Positions 41,365-52,870 of a stretch of DNA of 64,000 nucleotides are shown piece after piece. The stretch comes from Naegleria gruberi (lineage: Eukaryota): assembly GCA_000004985.1 (NCBI GenBank), contig GG738879.1. The stretch is one strand, 5' to 3'. Each line of letters opens with the position of its first letter. Position 1 is the stretch's first letter. The notes beneath the pieces are model-generated. The model searched no databases. It was not told the DNA's origin and saw only the letters and a list, made by a program, of their open reading frames with translations. The position numbers and the translations under genes are program-made.

Positions 41365-43455
41365 ATGACTTTTTTATGGATAACCAATTTTCACAACAAA
41401 ATGACTAGACAACAAATGCTAAACTCGAGTAAGCTTTCAAAGCTTGCTATATTATTATATTTGATTGTGACTATTGTGTTTGCCAACCTTGTACACAGTG
41501 ATGATAAATCTGAATTGAACATGGCTTACACTGTAGATCAGACGAATTACATTCCAACCTCAGTCTCGTATTCTAATTCTGCTAATAACAATGGTGCTTT
41601 AACCAAATCAAGCACAACCACTTACTATTCCTCTTCAACGTCTGGCTATCCATATGGAGGCGGGGCAGTTCCTATTGGTGCAGCACCAGTTGCACAACCT
41701 ATTTTACAACCTCAACAAGTGATTGTTAATCCACAACCAATTCCACAACCTATTCCTCAAACATATGCTCAACCAATTCCTCAACCATACCCACAACCTA
41801 TTCCACAAGGTGTTCCTATAGCAGGAGGGGCAGTTCCACAACCAATTCCTCAACCTATTCCACAAGCTGCTCCGTATGCTCAACCTCTTATTACTCAACA
41901 ACCTATTCCTCAACCTCTTCCATATGCAGGAGGAGGTGTTCCAATTGCAACAGGAGCCCCATATGCTCAACCTCTTCCATATGCAGGAGGTGGTGGTGTA
42001 ATTTATGGAGGTGGAGGTGGTGTTGTAGGTGGAGGTGTTGTTGCTCAACCAATTCCACAACAAGCTCCAATTATTTACTCTGGAGGTTGTAGTGTTTATG
42101 GAGGTGTTGGATGTGGAGGTACTATTCCACAACCTATTCCACAAGCTGTCCCTATTGCTCAACCTTTACCCCAACCTGTTCCTCAACCAATCTTGCAACC
42201 TATTCCACAAACTTATGCCCAACCTATTCCACAACCTCTTCCATATGCAGGAGGAGGCATTGTTTATGGTGGAGGTGGCGTAGTTTACGGAGGTGGAGGT
42301 GGTGTCATTGCTCAACCAATTCCACAACCAGCTCCAATTATTTACTCTGGTGGCTGTGACGTTTATGGAGGCGTTGGATGTGGAGGTGGTGGTGTAGTTT
42401 ATGGAGGTGGAGGTGGCGTAATTTATGGAGGTGGAGGTGGAGGTGGTGTAATTTATGGAGGTGGAGCTGTACCTATTCAACCATTTACAGTTGACACTGT
42501 TGCACCTGTATCCTTAGTGACATATCCTCAAACAGTGGTAGTGAGTCCACCTGTAACAGCAACACCTTGTACCACTGGTAAATGCTCTTCTGTGGATACC
42601 TACGTACCTAATGTTATAGTCCCAGCTTCAGCAGGTGTAGCAACACCTTGTACCACTGGCAAATGTTCTTCTGTGGACACCTACGTACCTAATGTTATTG
42701 TCCCAGCTTCAGCAGGTGTAGTAAGCGTTCCCCTCAAGAGTAATAATGTTGTTGTTGGATCTGGATCTACAACTGCTTCTACTTGTTTATTGACAGTAAG
42801 AGGATTGACCACATTAGCTCTTAGCCCATCCTCATCCATCTGTTCTTCAGTTGTCAATTGTATAATTACTTACATTTCAGATTATGTGCAATATGCTATC
42901 AATGCCCTCAATTACGACAGTAGCACTTCTCTCACTGTGAACTCTCAAGATGAGAATGTAGATTTGTGGAAGGCTTTAGAGAATATTGCTGGAAGTATTA
43001 GCGAAGATGGATATGGACCTGCAACAACTACAGCTTCAGCAACATCAGCTGCTTGCACCAATGATTTGGCTCCTGTTTTTGCCAGAACCTCTAAAGGTGG
43101 AGCAGTATTTGTTAATTCATGCTGGGCAAGAATGGCAAAGGCCTATCCACCATTTGTTCCAGTTACACTCAAACCTGGTTCTGTTTCTAGTGGAGGTCAA
43201 TTTGATTGGCCAGATGATGTTCAAAATCCAAACTATGTTGTTGCCAATTACTATGTATTGAGCGCTTTCAGATTGACAAACTTTGCCTTGTACTACTTTA
43301 GACCTTGTATGAGTGCAAGCACTTACACTGTTCTCTCTAATGCCCTACAATCTTTGAACGACATTTCAGCCTTAATAACTGCTGGCAATGTTACAAGAGC
43401 AAACGCCTTATTGAGTGATTTACAAAAAAGTTTGAGCACATTATCTAGTGCATAA
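41365..43455 (+). CDS. Secreted or cell-surface repeat protein with a signal peptide, PIPQ/Pro-Gln modules, Gly-rich YGGGGGV modules, duplicated Cys-containing units and a Ser/Thr/Ala-rich C-terminal domain.
   Basis: The second Met (41401) starts a canonical signal peptide, MTRQQMLNSSKLSKLAILLYLIVTIVFANLVHS. Internal repeats at the DNA level: a PIPQ...YGGGG...CxVYGGVGCGG module duplicated (about 41700..42130 and 42180..42400), and a tandem duplication of about 75 nt (TPCTTGKCSSVDTYVPNVIVPASAGV, twice) at 42541..42720. Confidence 0.6.
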   Translation: MTFLWITNFHNKMTRQQMLNSSKLSKLAILLYLIVTIVFANLVHSDDKSELNMAYTVDQTNYIPTSVSYSNSANNNGALTKSSTTTYYSSSTSGYPYGGGAVPIGAAPVAQPILQPQQVIVNPQPIPQPIPQTYAQPIPQPYPQPIPQGVPIAGGAVPQPIPQPIPQAAPYAQPLITQQPIPQPLPYAGGGVPIATGAPYAQPLPYAGGGGVIYGGGGGVVGGGVVAQPIPQQAPIIYSGGCSVYGGVGCGGTIPQPIPQAVPIAQPLPQPVPQPILQPIPQTYAQPIPQPLPYAGGGIVYGGGGVVYGGGGGVIAQPIPQPAPIIYSGGCDVYGGVGCGGGGVVYGGGGGVIYGGGGGGGVIYGGGAVPIQPFTVDTVAPVSLVTYPQTVVVSPPVTATPCTTGKCSSVDTYVPNVIVPASAGVATPCTTGKCSSVDTYVPNVIVPASAGVVSVPLKSNNVVVGSGSTTASTCLLTVRGLTTLALSPSSSICSSVVNCIITYISDYVQYAINALNYDSSTSLTVNSQDENVDLWKALENIAGSISEDGYGPATTTASATSAACTNDLAPVFARTSKGGAVFVNSCWARMAKAYPPFVPVTLKPGSVSSGGQFDWPDDVQNPNYVVANYYVLSAFRLTNFALYYFRPCMSASTYTVLSNALQSLNDISALITAGNVTRANALLSDLQKSLSTLSSA
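42541..42720 (+). repeat. Near-perfect tandem duplication (2 x about 75 nt) inside the coding sequence of the secreted repeat protein.
   Basis: ..gcaacaccttgtaccactggtaaatgctcttctgtggatacctacgtacctaatgttatagtcccagcttcagcaggtgta.. is repeated immediately, with a few synonymous or near-synonymous changes. Confidence 0.8.
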
Positions 43456-43768
43456 GAGTGTCATTATATCTATAGAGTAGTTTCTTTATCTTCACCTAAG
43501 AGTAGTGTGATTGAGTATCTTTAAATTTTTGTGAATTGTAAATTCAAATAAAATTCAAACCAAATTTATTTCTTTTAAAAAATTATCATCACACAATGAA
43601 GCCATTTTCTCTCGCAAGAGGATTTAAACTTGGATGAAGTGATATGCTGAAGATAGGAGGTTCGGAACTTCAATCTTCTTATTCACACACTTCTTTATCA
43701 ACAATGAATCACAATGTTGAATCGTCCAGTTTGCTATGGACAGTCCAATAGAAAAATTCAGTAACACT

Positions 43769-46700
43769 TTACTTTTGTTTATGTTTGGACATGAAATGGT
43801 CAAAGCTTTGTCTCGACAATAGATCATGAACAGTGGTGGAGAGTCTAGATGAACGTGGAGAGGCTTCTCCTATTGTATGCTGTGGAGGAATATCAATGTT
43901 GATATGACCTTCTTGTTCTTTTGTTGTGTGTACGGAGGTTGTGGACTTTCTTCGGAAGGCACGATTCACAAAATCTGAAAATTTACTTCTTCTTCCACAG
44001 AGGAATAACTTATCTCCTTCCAAGAGGATGATGGATTGTCTTGGATGAGTATAAACATAATAGAAATCATTGTCAACTGACTCTAGAATGCCATTTACAA
44101 ATATTCTCTTGGGTCTGTAAAGTCCAATCAGAATCTTTTAGAGTGGTTTAGTGTACTTGATATAATTGAAACTTACTGTATTGGATATTTCACAAAGTTC
44201 TAGAAATACATCAATGGCTGCTCTACCAAAACAGTTTGGAGGACAATCTTCTTGAAATATAGAACTCTTGCTCATATTGCAGAGACCATCTAAGCTCATA
44301 TGCTCAATAATTTCATTCAACTTATCAGTGTAGAACGATTGAGCCAAAAGCTTAGGAATGAAACTAATTGGAAATATTCTACCACTTGAGTAAAGCTCAG
44401 ACAATAGACAGAACTGATCATACTCATCACTCTTGTCAGAAAGTGAATGTAATGGATCATCAAAGGCAACAGAGGCACTGCTAACATTACGGAATATTTT
44501 GAAAAGAGAGTGGTTCTCTCCATATTTCTTTGAAAAACATCCTCCTTGTTTTAGAAATTTGATATTCTTTTGGTTATTGAGCTCCATGATGAAGAATTTC
44601 TTGCTGTCTATATAGCTAATTGATTCTATGAGTTTGATAACTTCTGCATCCCTAAGGTATTCAGATGTGTCAATAAGATCGTCTGTGGCTTCATGAGAGT
44701 CACAATCATTTTCTGGTTTAGAATTGTGACCATGAGAGCCATATTGCCTGGATAGATAGACCACTGCTTCTGCATTTAACAAGCCACATCTGTGTAGGTC
44801 AAAAACGTCTGTTGCATTCCCTTTCAGAAAGAATACCTGATCAAAAAACTTGAGCCTGTCATATAGATAATCTACGTATGGATTGCCGTGAAGATTTGTA
44901 TGAGAGACCATAATAAGTATTGGAGTGAAATGTCTCTTTCTAATAGATCTTATTGTAGCTAAGATGACAAGAGGATATTTCAATTCTCCCACAAGTATGA
45001 TATGATTCTTTAACGAGCATGTACTAGAGAGAAGGAAAAAATCATTCTTTGGTCTAGCCTTGATGAGTAGATTGTAGTTTTCTAGAACACTTTGGTAAAA
45101 GTCATTAAGAAAGCGCTTGAAAGATACTCCAGAATCATCTAAATTCTTGTAAAAGAAAGTTGGAGGAGCTACTGACCTAAACAATCTCAATAGATATCCT
45201 TTGTTCATTTCAGTCTCTGAAACATGTGGAACATTTTTGATATCTATGATTTGCTTGTCTATACCTGACATGGTACTGACAAAAGATATGGGATTATCAA
45301 AGTCTGAACTATTGGTCAATATGGAAGGACTTTCAGCTTCTGGTGGAGTTTCAATATTTGAAGAAAAGGAAATATTGGATTGACTTGGACCTAGACTCTC
45401 AATGCATTTTTTGGAACCTCTTTTGGGTGGAAGTCCATGTCTTACTTTCAACACTTTTCTCCGAGTAGGAAGATATTTTGGTCTAGTTTCTACTTTTGGT
45501 TCATCCATTTCTTCGTTGATTGTCTTCTCATACGCGTTCTCCTCACTTACAAAGAATGTTTCAAAGGATTCCATGTCATTATTGTCATTTCGTGCTGGAG
45601 CTTCTTTCAAGTCTATTGGTTGTTGTGGAATATCTTGAGTATCTGCAGAGCTTGTTGAGTGTTTATCTGATTGGCTGTCGTCTTCTGCTTTAGCATTCTC
45701 AAAAAGGTAAACTAGGTTGGCATGAAACGTGCTCTGAGCAATCACGAATGCTTTGCATTTATCCACATGAATTATTTCATCAAAAGGATTCAATGATACA
45801 CTTTTTAGACTTTCATCATGATTATCCAAGTATTCCATGGCCAGTAAGGTGAGATCAAGATTCTCTCTGATGAAAACGACTGCCTTAATGAAGGTCATTC
45901 CTTCAAAAAATGGCGAGAATCTCACACAATATATTTCATTTCCTAGTCCGTCCAGATATTCAAATATCCACAGACTTTCAGCAGAAGTTACAGGATCTAA
46001 CTTCTTTTTAAGGAATGGAATCCAGGGCTTTTTCTTCTCTTGTTCCATAATCATCTTGTGGGTTTCAATGGCATTTCTAACATAGGTTGTCGTGACGAGA
46101 TTGATTAAGAGTGTACTAAATCCATGATATACAACACTCATACCCATAATCTTACTTGAAATAGTTTCTGTGCAAATAACTTGTTTGGCACCTGCTTTAT
46201 ACAAGTATGCTCTTGATTCAGGTAATGTCACTTGTGCATAAATATCCAGATCTGGATTAATATTTTTCAGACCAATAGTTGCCACCATTATTGACGTATC
46301 ATTATGTCTAGGATTAGAATGTTTAATACAATTGAGAAGGAACACAGAGTGAGCTTCATGAACTTTGATAATTCTACTCGTCTCATAATCCATCAAATCT
46401 CCATGGAAAACTAAAACCTTTTCTTGAAGGTATTGTCTCACTTTGATAACTTCCAAAATTGAATCACACAACTTCTTATTTCTGGAAACAACTTTGCAAT
46501 TGAAATTTTGGATGAGTATTGAACATGAAATAAGGTTGTAACTTACTCAAGGATTTTTTCGTATTCTTTCCATGCATTGAATGATAGAATTCTTTTAGAA
46601 AGTCCAATACATCTTGCTTGTGAAAGTATCCACAAACAATGACATGATTTTTCAAATTGGCATGTCGAGCTCTGAAAATTGCCTTTTCGCTTGTCGATAA

Positions 46701-47699
46701 TAACAAAGACAATTGATAGGGAATGAATGTAATTCCAACCAGAAAGCAGCCAATCGTCCAATATTTACTCGCAAAAGTAGTTGGAGAAATATCACCATAT
46801 CCAATGGTAGCCATGGTAATTACCATGAAATAGATTGAATCATCTTTACATAATATATTAAGGATGAAATACGTTTCAAAATACCTACGTAATGAAAGAA
46901 CATGTCCACCAAATAAGAATTCAATCATTTGAAAAGTTCCAGCAAACAAAACCATCAATGTAACAATTAATGCAATAAGACAAGCAATTTGTACTTGTAG
47001 AGTTGGTCCAAATCCAAAACTATTCTCCAAAACATAGTGTAGTATATTCCTCTTCCAAGTCAAGACAAAAACAATCCTCACCAATCGAATTAATCTGAAA
47101 ATTGAAATCATTACTGAAATGTTAAACATGTTCACATAGAGCATAATCTTCTGATCTCTATTCACCACCAACATTCTATCATTTTCCACACCATACGCAT
47201 GAATACAATAGATGATGTAAATACATAATGGAATCATTGGAACTACAGTTATAAAATCCAATATAGAGTTGGGATGAATCAAATAACGGAGTTTATGTTT
47301 GGTGAGGAGAAAGGAAACGAACCACAATGAAACAGTTATGGTACACAGTATCAAATCACAAATGAATATACTCTGCAACATGAATTGAATATGTTGATCC
47401 GAGAGTGAGAAGGAATTTTCAGGAGTTGGTCTTGATTGAGGATAAATTTGCGAATAGAAAACAAAATTTGTGTAAACGTCCGCAATGAAAATAACAAAAA
47501 AGAGAAAGGAAATTATCACCTGAAGAATTTCCATATCCAAAAAGTAACCATTATGTTTCATATAGTTTTTGATTTTGGATCGAAGACTGAGTTTTAGAGG
47601 TTTCGGCACGTTTGATGCATTGAAGAAGAATTCATTGTGATGATTGCCTTCTGTTGTTGGTGTTTTGCTTTGCTGTTGTTGAGTTGTTGGTGTAGTCAT
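43769..47699 (-). CDS. Slo/BK-type voltage- and Ca2+-activated K+ channel (about 1,277 aa). Three exons: join(47699..46547, 46491..44177, 44134..43769); introns of 55 nt (46492..46546) and 42 nt (44135..44176).
   Basis: Exon 1 carries S4-like arginines (RLIRLVRIVFVL), the K+ pore TMATIGYGDISPTT, and the RCK1 start NHVIVCGYF. Exon 2 carries Slo-like RCK gating-ring sequence. Exon 3 encodes the conserved Slo tail (ILIGLYRPKRIFVNGILESVDNDFYYVYTHPRQSIILLEGDKLFLCG; human Slo1 has CFGIYRLRD...[24 protein letters not shown]). Both introns have GTAAGT donors and AAG acceptors and keep the frame. The first ATG of exon 1 is at 47699 (ttaaaATGact). Confidence 0.8.
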
Positions 47700-48016
47700 T
47701 TTAATTCTTTTTATTAACAAATTCCTCAATAAGAAGGTAATCATTTCGATTGAAGAAGAAATAATTTTGCAATTTCGAAATTAGATTTGATTCTGAACTA
47801 AAAGGCTGATGATCTTTTTAACAAGATTCCCAAATGAATCATTCAAAAACTCTCCTAAAAACAATAAAATAGGTTGTATCAGTTTGAGAACTTTCGGATT
47901 ACATTTATTTCCAAATCACAAACAATCACAACATGATTCTCATTGAATGTCACACCATCGTAATCATTGGTAGCATGTTTCTCTCTAATTCACAAAGTAA
48001 CAACCTAAATTAAAAA

Positions 48017-49097
48017 ATGTCGATACATCGTTCTGGATCAAAGCCACTCATTGTTTCAGAGGCGTATGGCAGAAAGTTGACACCAACAACATCAAAAACC
48101 AACAATGAAGATAGTTTATCAGATTCTACTCCATATTTTGATGCTTCGGCAATTAAAGATTTTAATACTAAACCTAATAATAATGGAGGTGGATCAAATA
48201 ATAATAATGGGTCGTGGACTGATACAGTAGCAAGGAGATGGAAGAAATTTTCTAGTTGGACGATCGGAAATAGAAGATTAAAGATGTATATTTATTCAGT
48301 TCTAAAGGTAGGTTGTTGGAAAGGATAAACTAAACTAAATCACACGAAAGTTTGCTACTATTACATACGTTCAAGCAAATGACGTATTGGGCAAAGCTTC
48401 AAACACAAATAATCAAACAGAGAAGGATATGCAAATGGCATTCAAAGTTCTTTCATATCTATACATGGCTATTTTAATTTTACTTTTCACTTTCAGATAT
48501 GTTAGAGAATTGATTGCAATTTCCAGGAAGAAACCTCTTTCAATTTGGGTAAACTGGATTGAATCATCTGTTTTTTTAACCTATATTTGCTATTCGATTG
48601 TTACTTCTGTCATTCACGTTGTTTACATTACAAAACACTACAATGCTGAATATGAAGAAAGATTATTGCATCCAGAGAATTTTGCTTACAAAACAGTTAC
48701 ACTTGAGGAAGAGTTGGCAGTGGAAATTTTGGAAGTTTTTGTTCACTTGTACATCATCTTTGATAAGTCAACGCATTACCTACATGCAGGACACAGTGTT
48801 TCTCTATATTTGGCTAAAGCTCAGCATATTCCAAAGAATGCTCATCCAGGGCATGATCAAAATCAAAACCATTATCATGATGCCTTCGATCATCATGCTC
48901 ATCTTTACACAAATCAATCTGAAACTGATGACGAAGAAAAGAGTGATGAAGTATATGATGATTTTATTGGAAAACCAAAAGAAGCCACAAAACCAACAAC
49001 AAGAAGACACACCGTTATGGCAATGACACCACCAAGACAAAATATTGATTCTGAAATTTTATTGGAAGAGCCAAGATTGGCATTTAATAAGTTTTAA
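48017..49097 (+). CDS. Hypothetical membrane protein with a His-rich acidic tail. Probably two exons: join(48017..48307, 48351..49097) with a 43-nt intron.
   Basis: Track ORFs 48017..48328 and 48387..49097 are in different frames. A GTAGGT donor at 48308 (phase 0) and the first AG after an ACTAAAC branch-like motif (48350) join them in frame. An alternative acceptor at 48374 is also in frame. Two TM helices follow. Confidence 0.5.
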
Positions 49098-49136
49098 TTG
49101 GAAAATAGAGTTGTGTGAAGGGAATGCACATCAATA

Positions 49137-49288
49137 AAGATCAACTTTCCAATTTTGATGATTAGTTATATTTGAAAAAACAATTAAGGACATGTAGAGC
49201 TAAGATTCTGCACCATCAAAAGAAAAGTCTCCCACAAGCATAAAGGAGAATAGTAGCCTTCAGGAATGTCGAAGTTGATTATTTTACC
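49137..49288 (+). repeat. Degenerate duplicate of the promoter and 5' end of the FHA gene (original at about 50182..50400).
   Basis: About 80% identity over about 150 nt, including the ATG region (acaattaaggacATGtag against acaattaaggacATGaag) and ..aaagaaaagtctcccacaa..cataa.ggag... The copy has an in-frame stop straight after the ATG and internal deletions. Confidence 0.6.
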
Positions 49289-50264
49289 TTTTTTTAATGC
49301 TTTTCTTGGTATATCAACTCAATGTCACAAAAGTCAGTACTCATCATCTTATGTCTTGGATTTGCAAATCCAATGAAAAATGCTTCTTTTTGAATCAGAA
49401 TCTTAGCTCTTCTTTGAAACCATACTTTCAACACTAAAAGCCATAGCTCCAGAACAATCGCATAAGGTCAATATAGTTTTCTCTACTTTTGATGGTCGTG
49501 GAATCACCAACAAGGAAGGGATTGCTGGAAGCTGATTACTATTGAAAAATAAATCAAACACGAAGTATCTGATTTGGTTAAAAGTAATCTAGAACATGAT
49601 GATGGAAAATATAGCCTTCTATTAACAGGATCGTTGCTAACTCCAATACGTGAAGGAAGCAATTCAAAGATAGCCCCACACAACAATCTGCAATTTAGAC
49701 ACTCTGTTGTTGGATTAGAGGTACATTTTTGTAAGCACTCTTCATTGCCCATTTGTATTTTAAATGGTAAAGTTGTTTGTCATGGAAAACCCTTATTTCC
49801 TCTGAAACTTTTTCCTAATGAAGATTGGGCAATAGTAGAACTCGATAAAACAAGTGGTGAATACATTTTCGAGAATTCTTTTGGAAGTTCAAACCATGGC
49901 AATAGTTTCGGTGTGATCTAAAAGGTGTTTTGGATTTTGATAAATCGGAGTGTTTATCTGTTAGTAAGACCTCATGCTGAGTAGATAGAGTCTCAAAAAT
50001 TACCGGCTCATCACTGAAAACATTTTTTTAAGGGTTGTTGTAATTTTAAACTCGAATTAAGTATGTTCAAGAGTTTAGACCCTTAAGGCATTGAGAGAAC
50101 AATAATTCAAAAATTGTTCTTCTTATTCAACACTCAGGTTCAAAAGATAATGTCGCAACCACAACCATTTGCTACAAATCAGTAAAGATCAACTTTCCCG
50201 CCAATTTTGATGATCAGCAAAAATTTGAAAATAATAAAATTAATTAAAAAAAACAATTAAGGAC

Positions 50265-51686
50265 ATGAAGAAGCTTTCTCAACAAGCCTCTGCATCATCA
50301 CAGAAAGAAAAGTCTCCCACAATCATAAGGGAGGACATTAGCCTAGCTACTAAAAGGAATGTTGAAGCTGATAATGAATTAGACTTTACCTCATCATCTT
50401 CAACTAGTAAGGGGGTTGTGTTTGCACTCTTGAAAGGAACAAAACGAACAATTGATATTAATCAATCTAAGGTTTTTATCGGAAGAGATCCTGTTACTTG
50501 TGAGGTGTGTTTGGCAAATTCACCAACAGTCTCAACAATGCATGCACAATTGGAATTTATTGATGATAATTCAAAAGAAAAGCCTAAAGTTGTTTGTGTC
50601 TTGAGAGATTTAAAATCAAAGAATGGAACACTAGTTAATAACGTTAAAGTGAGTCAAAATTTATCATCGATTATTAGGAATGGAGATTTGATTCAATTCG
50701 GACAAGATGAAGTATTTAGATTCGAGATTGGACCTTTTGTTTCAGAAGTTGTAAACAAAGCACCAATCATTGATGCAGATGAATTTACTTCAATAGACTC
50801 ACCTCTCTCATCAGATTTTGAAATTCAAGAGAAAGTGAAGGAAATAACATCTAAGGAAGAAAATGAAACAGATTTTATTGAAACAGAAGGAGATAAATTG
50901 GAAGACACATTCTTTGAAACAATGGAACCAACAAATAGACTCATTGATAGAGAGGTTTATAAGGATGAAAGTCTGAGAATGCACTTGTACGATGAAATTA
51001 ACGATCTAACCTCTGAACTCTCAACTAAATTAAACCTTCTCAATTCCGTCCTTAGTGAAGACACTCCTTACCATAGAAATCAAGTCCCTTTCGAGTTTTT
51101 AAAGTCCATGCACAACCTTTCTGAAAGTATTTCATTCCTCACCAGAGACACGATATTCGAAAGACAATCAGAAATCAAATTTAGAGAACTAGAACAGTAT
51201 GCAAACTCCTTAGAAAGAAAGCTCGTAAATTACAAAAAACTTGGGAAGGATTCTGAAGTTTCACTTGCTCAATGTAAAAAATTATACACCAAATCTAAGG
51301 ATGAAAGCAATAAGAAGATTCATGACCTTACCACCTCCTTACACGGAAGATTGGATGAAATACAACTTCTTAAAAAAGGACTTTCCAATGAAAAAGATAT
51401 AACCAATTCTTTAAAAACAGAAATTGATAGACTCAAATATAGACTATCAATTGAGGTTACACAAACAGAGAGTCTAAGAAAATCCAACGACATTCTCAGA
51501 CAGCAACTGCTCAAAACACAAGATTACTCCAACTTTTTACACAAGGAAATTTTGAAAATAGAGGACTTTCCACTGAATCTCAAAATTTCCAATCTAGTTT
51601 CTAATGAAACAAAACAATCACCAAACCTTAATCAAACGATCAATGCAACTTCAATAATTGAGCAATATAAAAACATGGATCTATAA
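50265..51686 (+). CDS. FHA-domain protein with a long C-terminal coiled coil.
   Basis: FHA signature ..VFIGRDPVTCEVCLANSPTVSTMHAQLEF...LRDLKSKNGTLVNNVKV...IIRNGDLIQFG. An acidic linker follows, then a heptad-rich C-terminal half. ATG context aggacATGaag. Confidence 0.7.
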   Translation: MKKLSQQASASSQKEKSPTIIREDISLATKRNVEADNELDFTSSSSTSKGVVFALLKGTKRTIDINQSKVFIGRDPVTCEVCLANSPTVSTMHAQLEFIDDNSKEKPKVVCVLRDLKSKNGTLVNNVKVSQNLSSIIRNGDLIQFGQDEVFRFEIGPFVSEVVNKAPIIDADEFTSIDSPLSSDFEIQEKVKEITSKEENETDFIETEGDKLEDTFFETMEPTNRLIDREVYKDESLRMHLYDEINDLTSELSTKLNLLNSVLSEDTPYHRNQVPFEFLKSMHNLSESISFLTRDTIFERQSEIKFRELEQYANSLERKLVNYKKLGKDSEVSLAQCKKLYTKSKDESNKKIHDLTTSLHGRLDEIQLLKKGLSNEKDITNSLKTEIDRLKYRLSIEVTQTESLRKSNDILRQQLLKTQDYSNFLHKEILKIEDFPLNLKISNLVSNETKQSPNLNQTINATSIIEQYKNMDL

Positions 51687-52066
51687 AATTAGCACTTTAA
51701 GAATTGTGTCACATCTATTTTCTATGTTAATATTGCGGAAGTGCTACTGAAGATGCACCATTTTCAAAGAAATTGGAAATTGGCTCTTTGGAGAATTCTA
51801 CTAATATGATGGCTTTATTACCTTCTTAATTTCCGAATCCTCAAGAATGGAATTCCTCATTGGATGATGTTGTTGAGAGGCAGTAAGGAGAGGAGAACTG
51901 GGTGATGATTTATTCCTTTATTATTATTAATCTTCTTCTTGTTTGCACAACATATCGAAATGATTGATCAGTTCTTTGTCAATATTCACACCATCCACTA
52001 AAAAAAGTTTGTCAGAAATGAATCGTGAGTATGTAGCGTTGACACAATATTGGTCTTTAACTTTCT

Positions 52067-52726
52067 CTAATAATTCAAAGCACTCATCTCATTATGGAGA
52101 AGTTTTTGCATTACAGGTGTGTTTGCATTATTCAGTAAAATAGAATCAGAGGGATTTAACTTTTCGAAAAGTTGACCAATTTCTTCTTTTGTTCCATCTA
52201 TTACCATTAATTTCCCAAATAAATAAAATTTGTGATGGCCTAGATTAAGATTACCAATATGAAGAGATATTTTGGGGTTTTGTTTATGTTGGAAGACTTG
52301 GCGTAAGATAATGGTTGTAGCAAAGTATTCTTGGTGTGTTGGTTTGGCTTGTTGATCGCAAACATTATTGAATATATGTTTGGTGAGTTCAAATAGTGAA
52401 TTTTTTGAAGCAATTTCGTAAGAGATGATACCATTATCCTGATGCTGTTTTGTTTTACCTTGGTATATGAATGAATTTTTTGTTTCCAAATTACTACCAT
52501 GAGCAGTAATAGTTTGTCTTGTTTTTGGCCAATCACCTTTTTCAATAGAGCATACATTAGGTTCTATTCGAAAGTAATTGTCCACTATTATTTCATTTCT
52601 AACGTGTTTAAAATCGTTTAACGGGGGCTCACTTTTATTGCAAACCAATTTAAAGTACTTTGCCACGACGGTGTGTTCTGCTGTTTTAATTTTTTCCACG
52701 TTATTTGCATCTAAGGGTGGAGTCAT
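52067..52726 (-). CDS. Hypothetical protein of 219 aa.
   Basis: Clean ORF with ATG context aataaaaaaATGact. No domain recognised. Confidence 0.4.
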   Translation of the reverse strand: MTPPLDANNVEKIKTAEHTVVAKYFKLVCNKSEPPLNDFKHVRNEIIVDNYFRIEPNVCSIEKGDWPKTRQTITAHGSNLETKNSFIYQGKTKQHQDNGIISYEIASKNSLFELTKHIFNNVCDQQAKPTHQEYFATTIILRQVFQHKQNPKISLHIGNLNLGHHKFYLFGKLMVIDGTKEEIGQLFEKLNPSDSILLNNANTPVMQKLLHNEMSALNY

Positions 52727-52870
52727 TTTTTTATTAAGGATTCATAGTTTGGAAAAAATGGAAGATCAATACATATTTCTCGTAAAAAATTCTTTAGTGA
52801 AATTTTTTTTCCTAACAACTACTTTATCAATTCAGGTGGCACACATTTAGCCAATTAATCCTGGTAAACA

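Noticed and set aside
49504-49921. Overlapping ORFs 49574..49921 (+, 115 aa) and 49504..49752 (-) in the 1.1-kb spacer upstream of the FHA gene.
   Set aside because: No recognisable motif, no good ATG context, and the two ORFs are mutually overlapping. They are more likely non-coding or a decayed remnant associated with the duplicated FHA 5' fragment.
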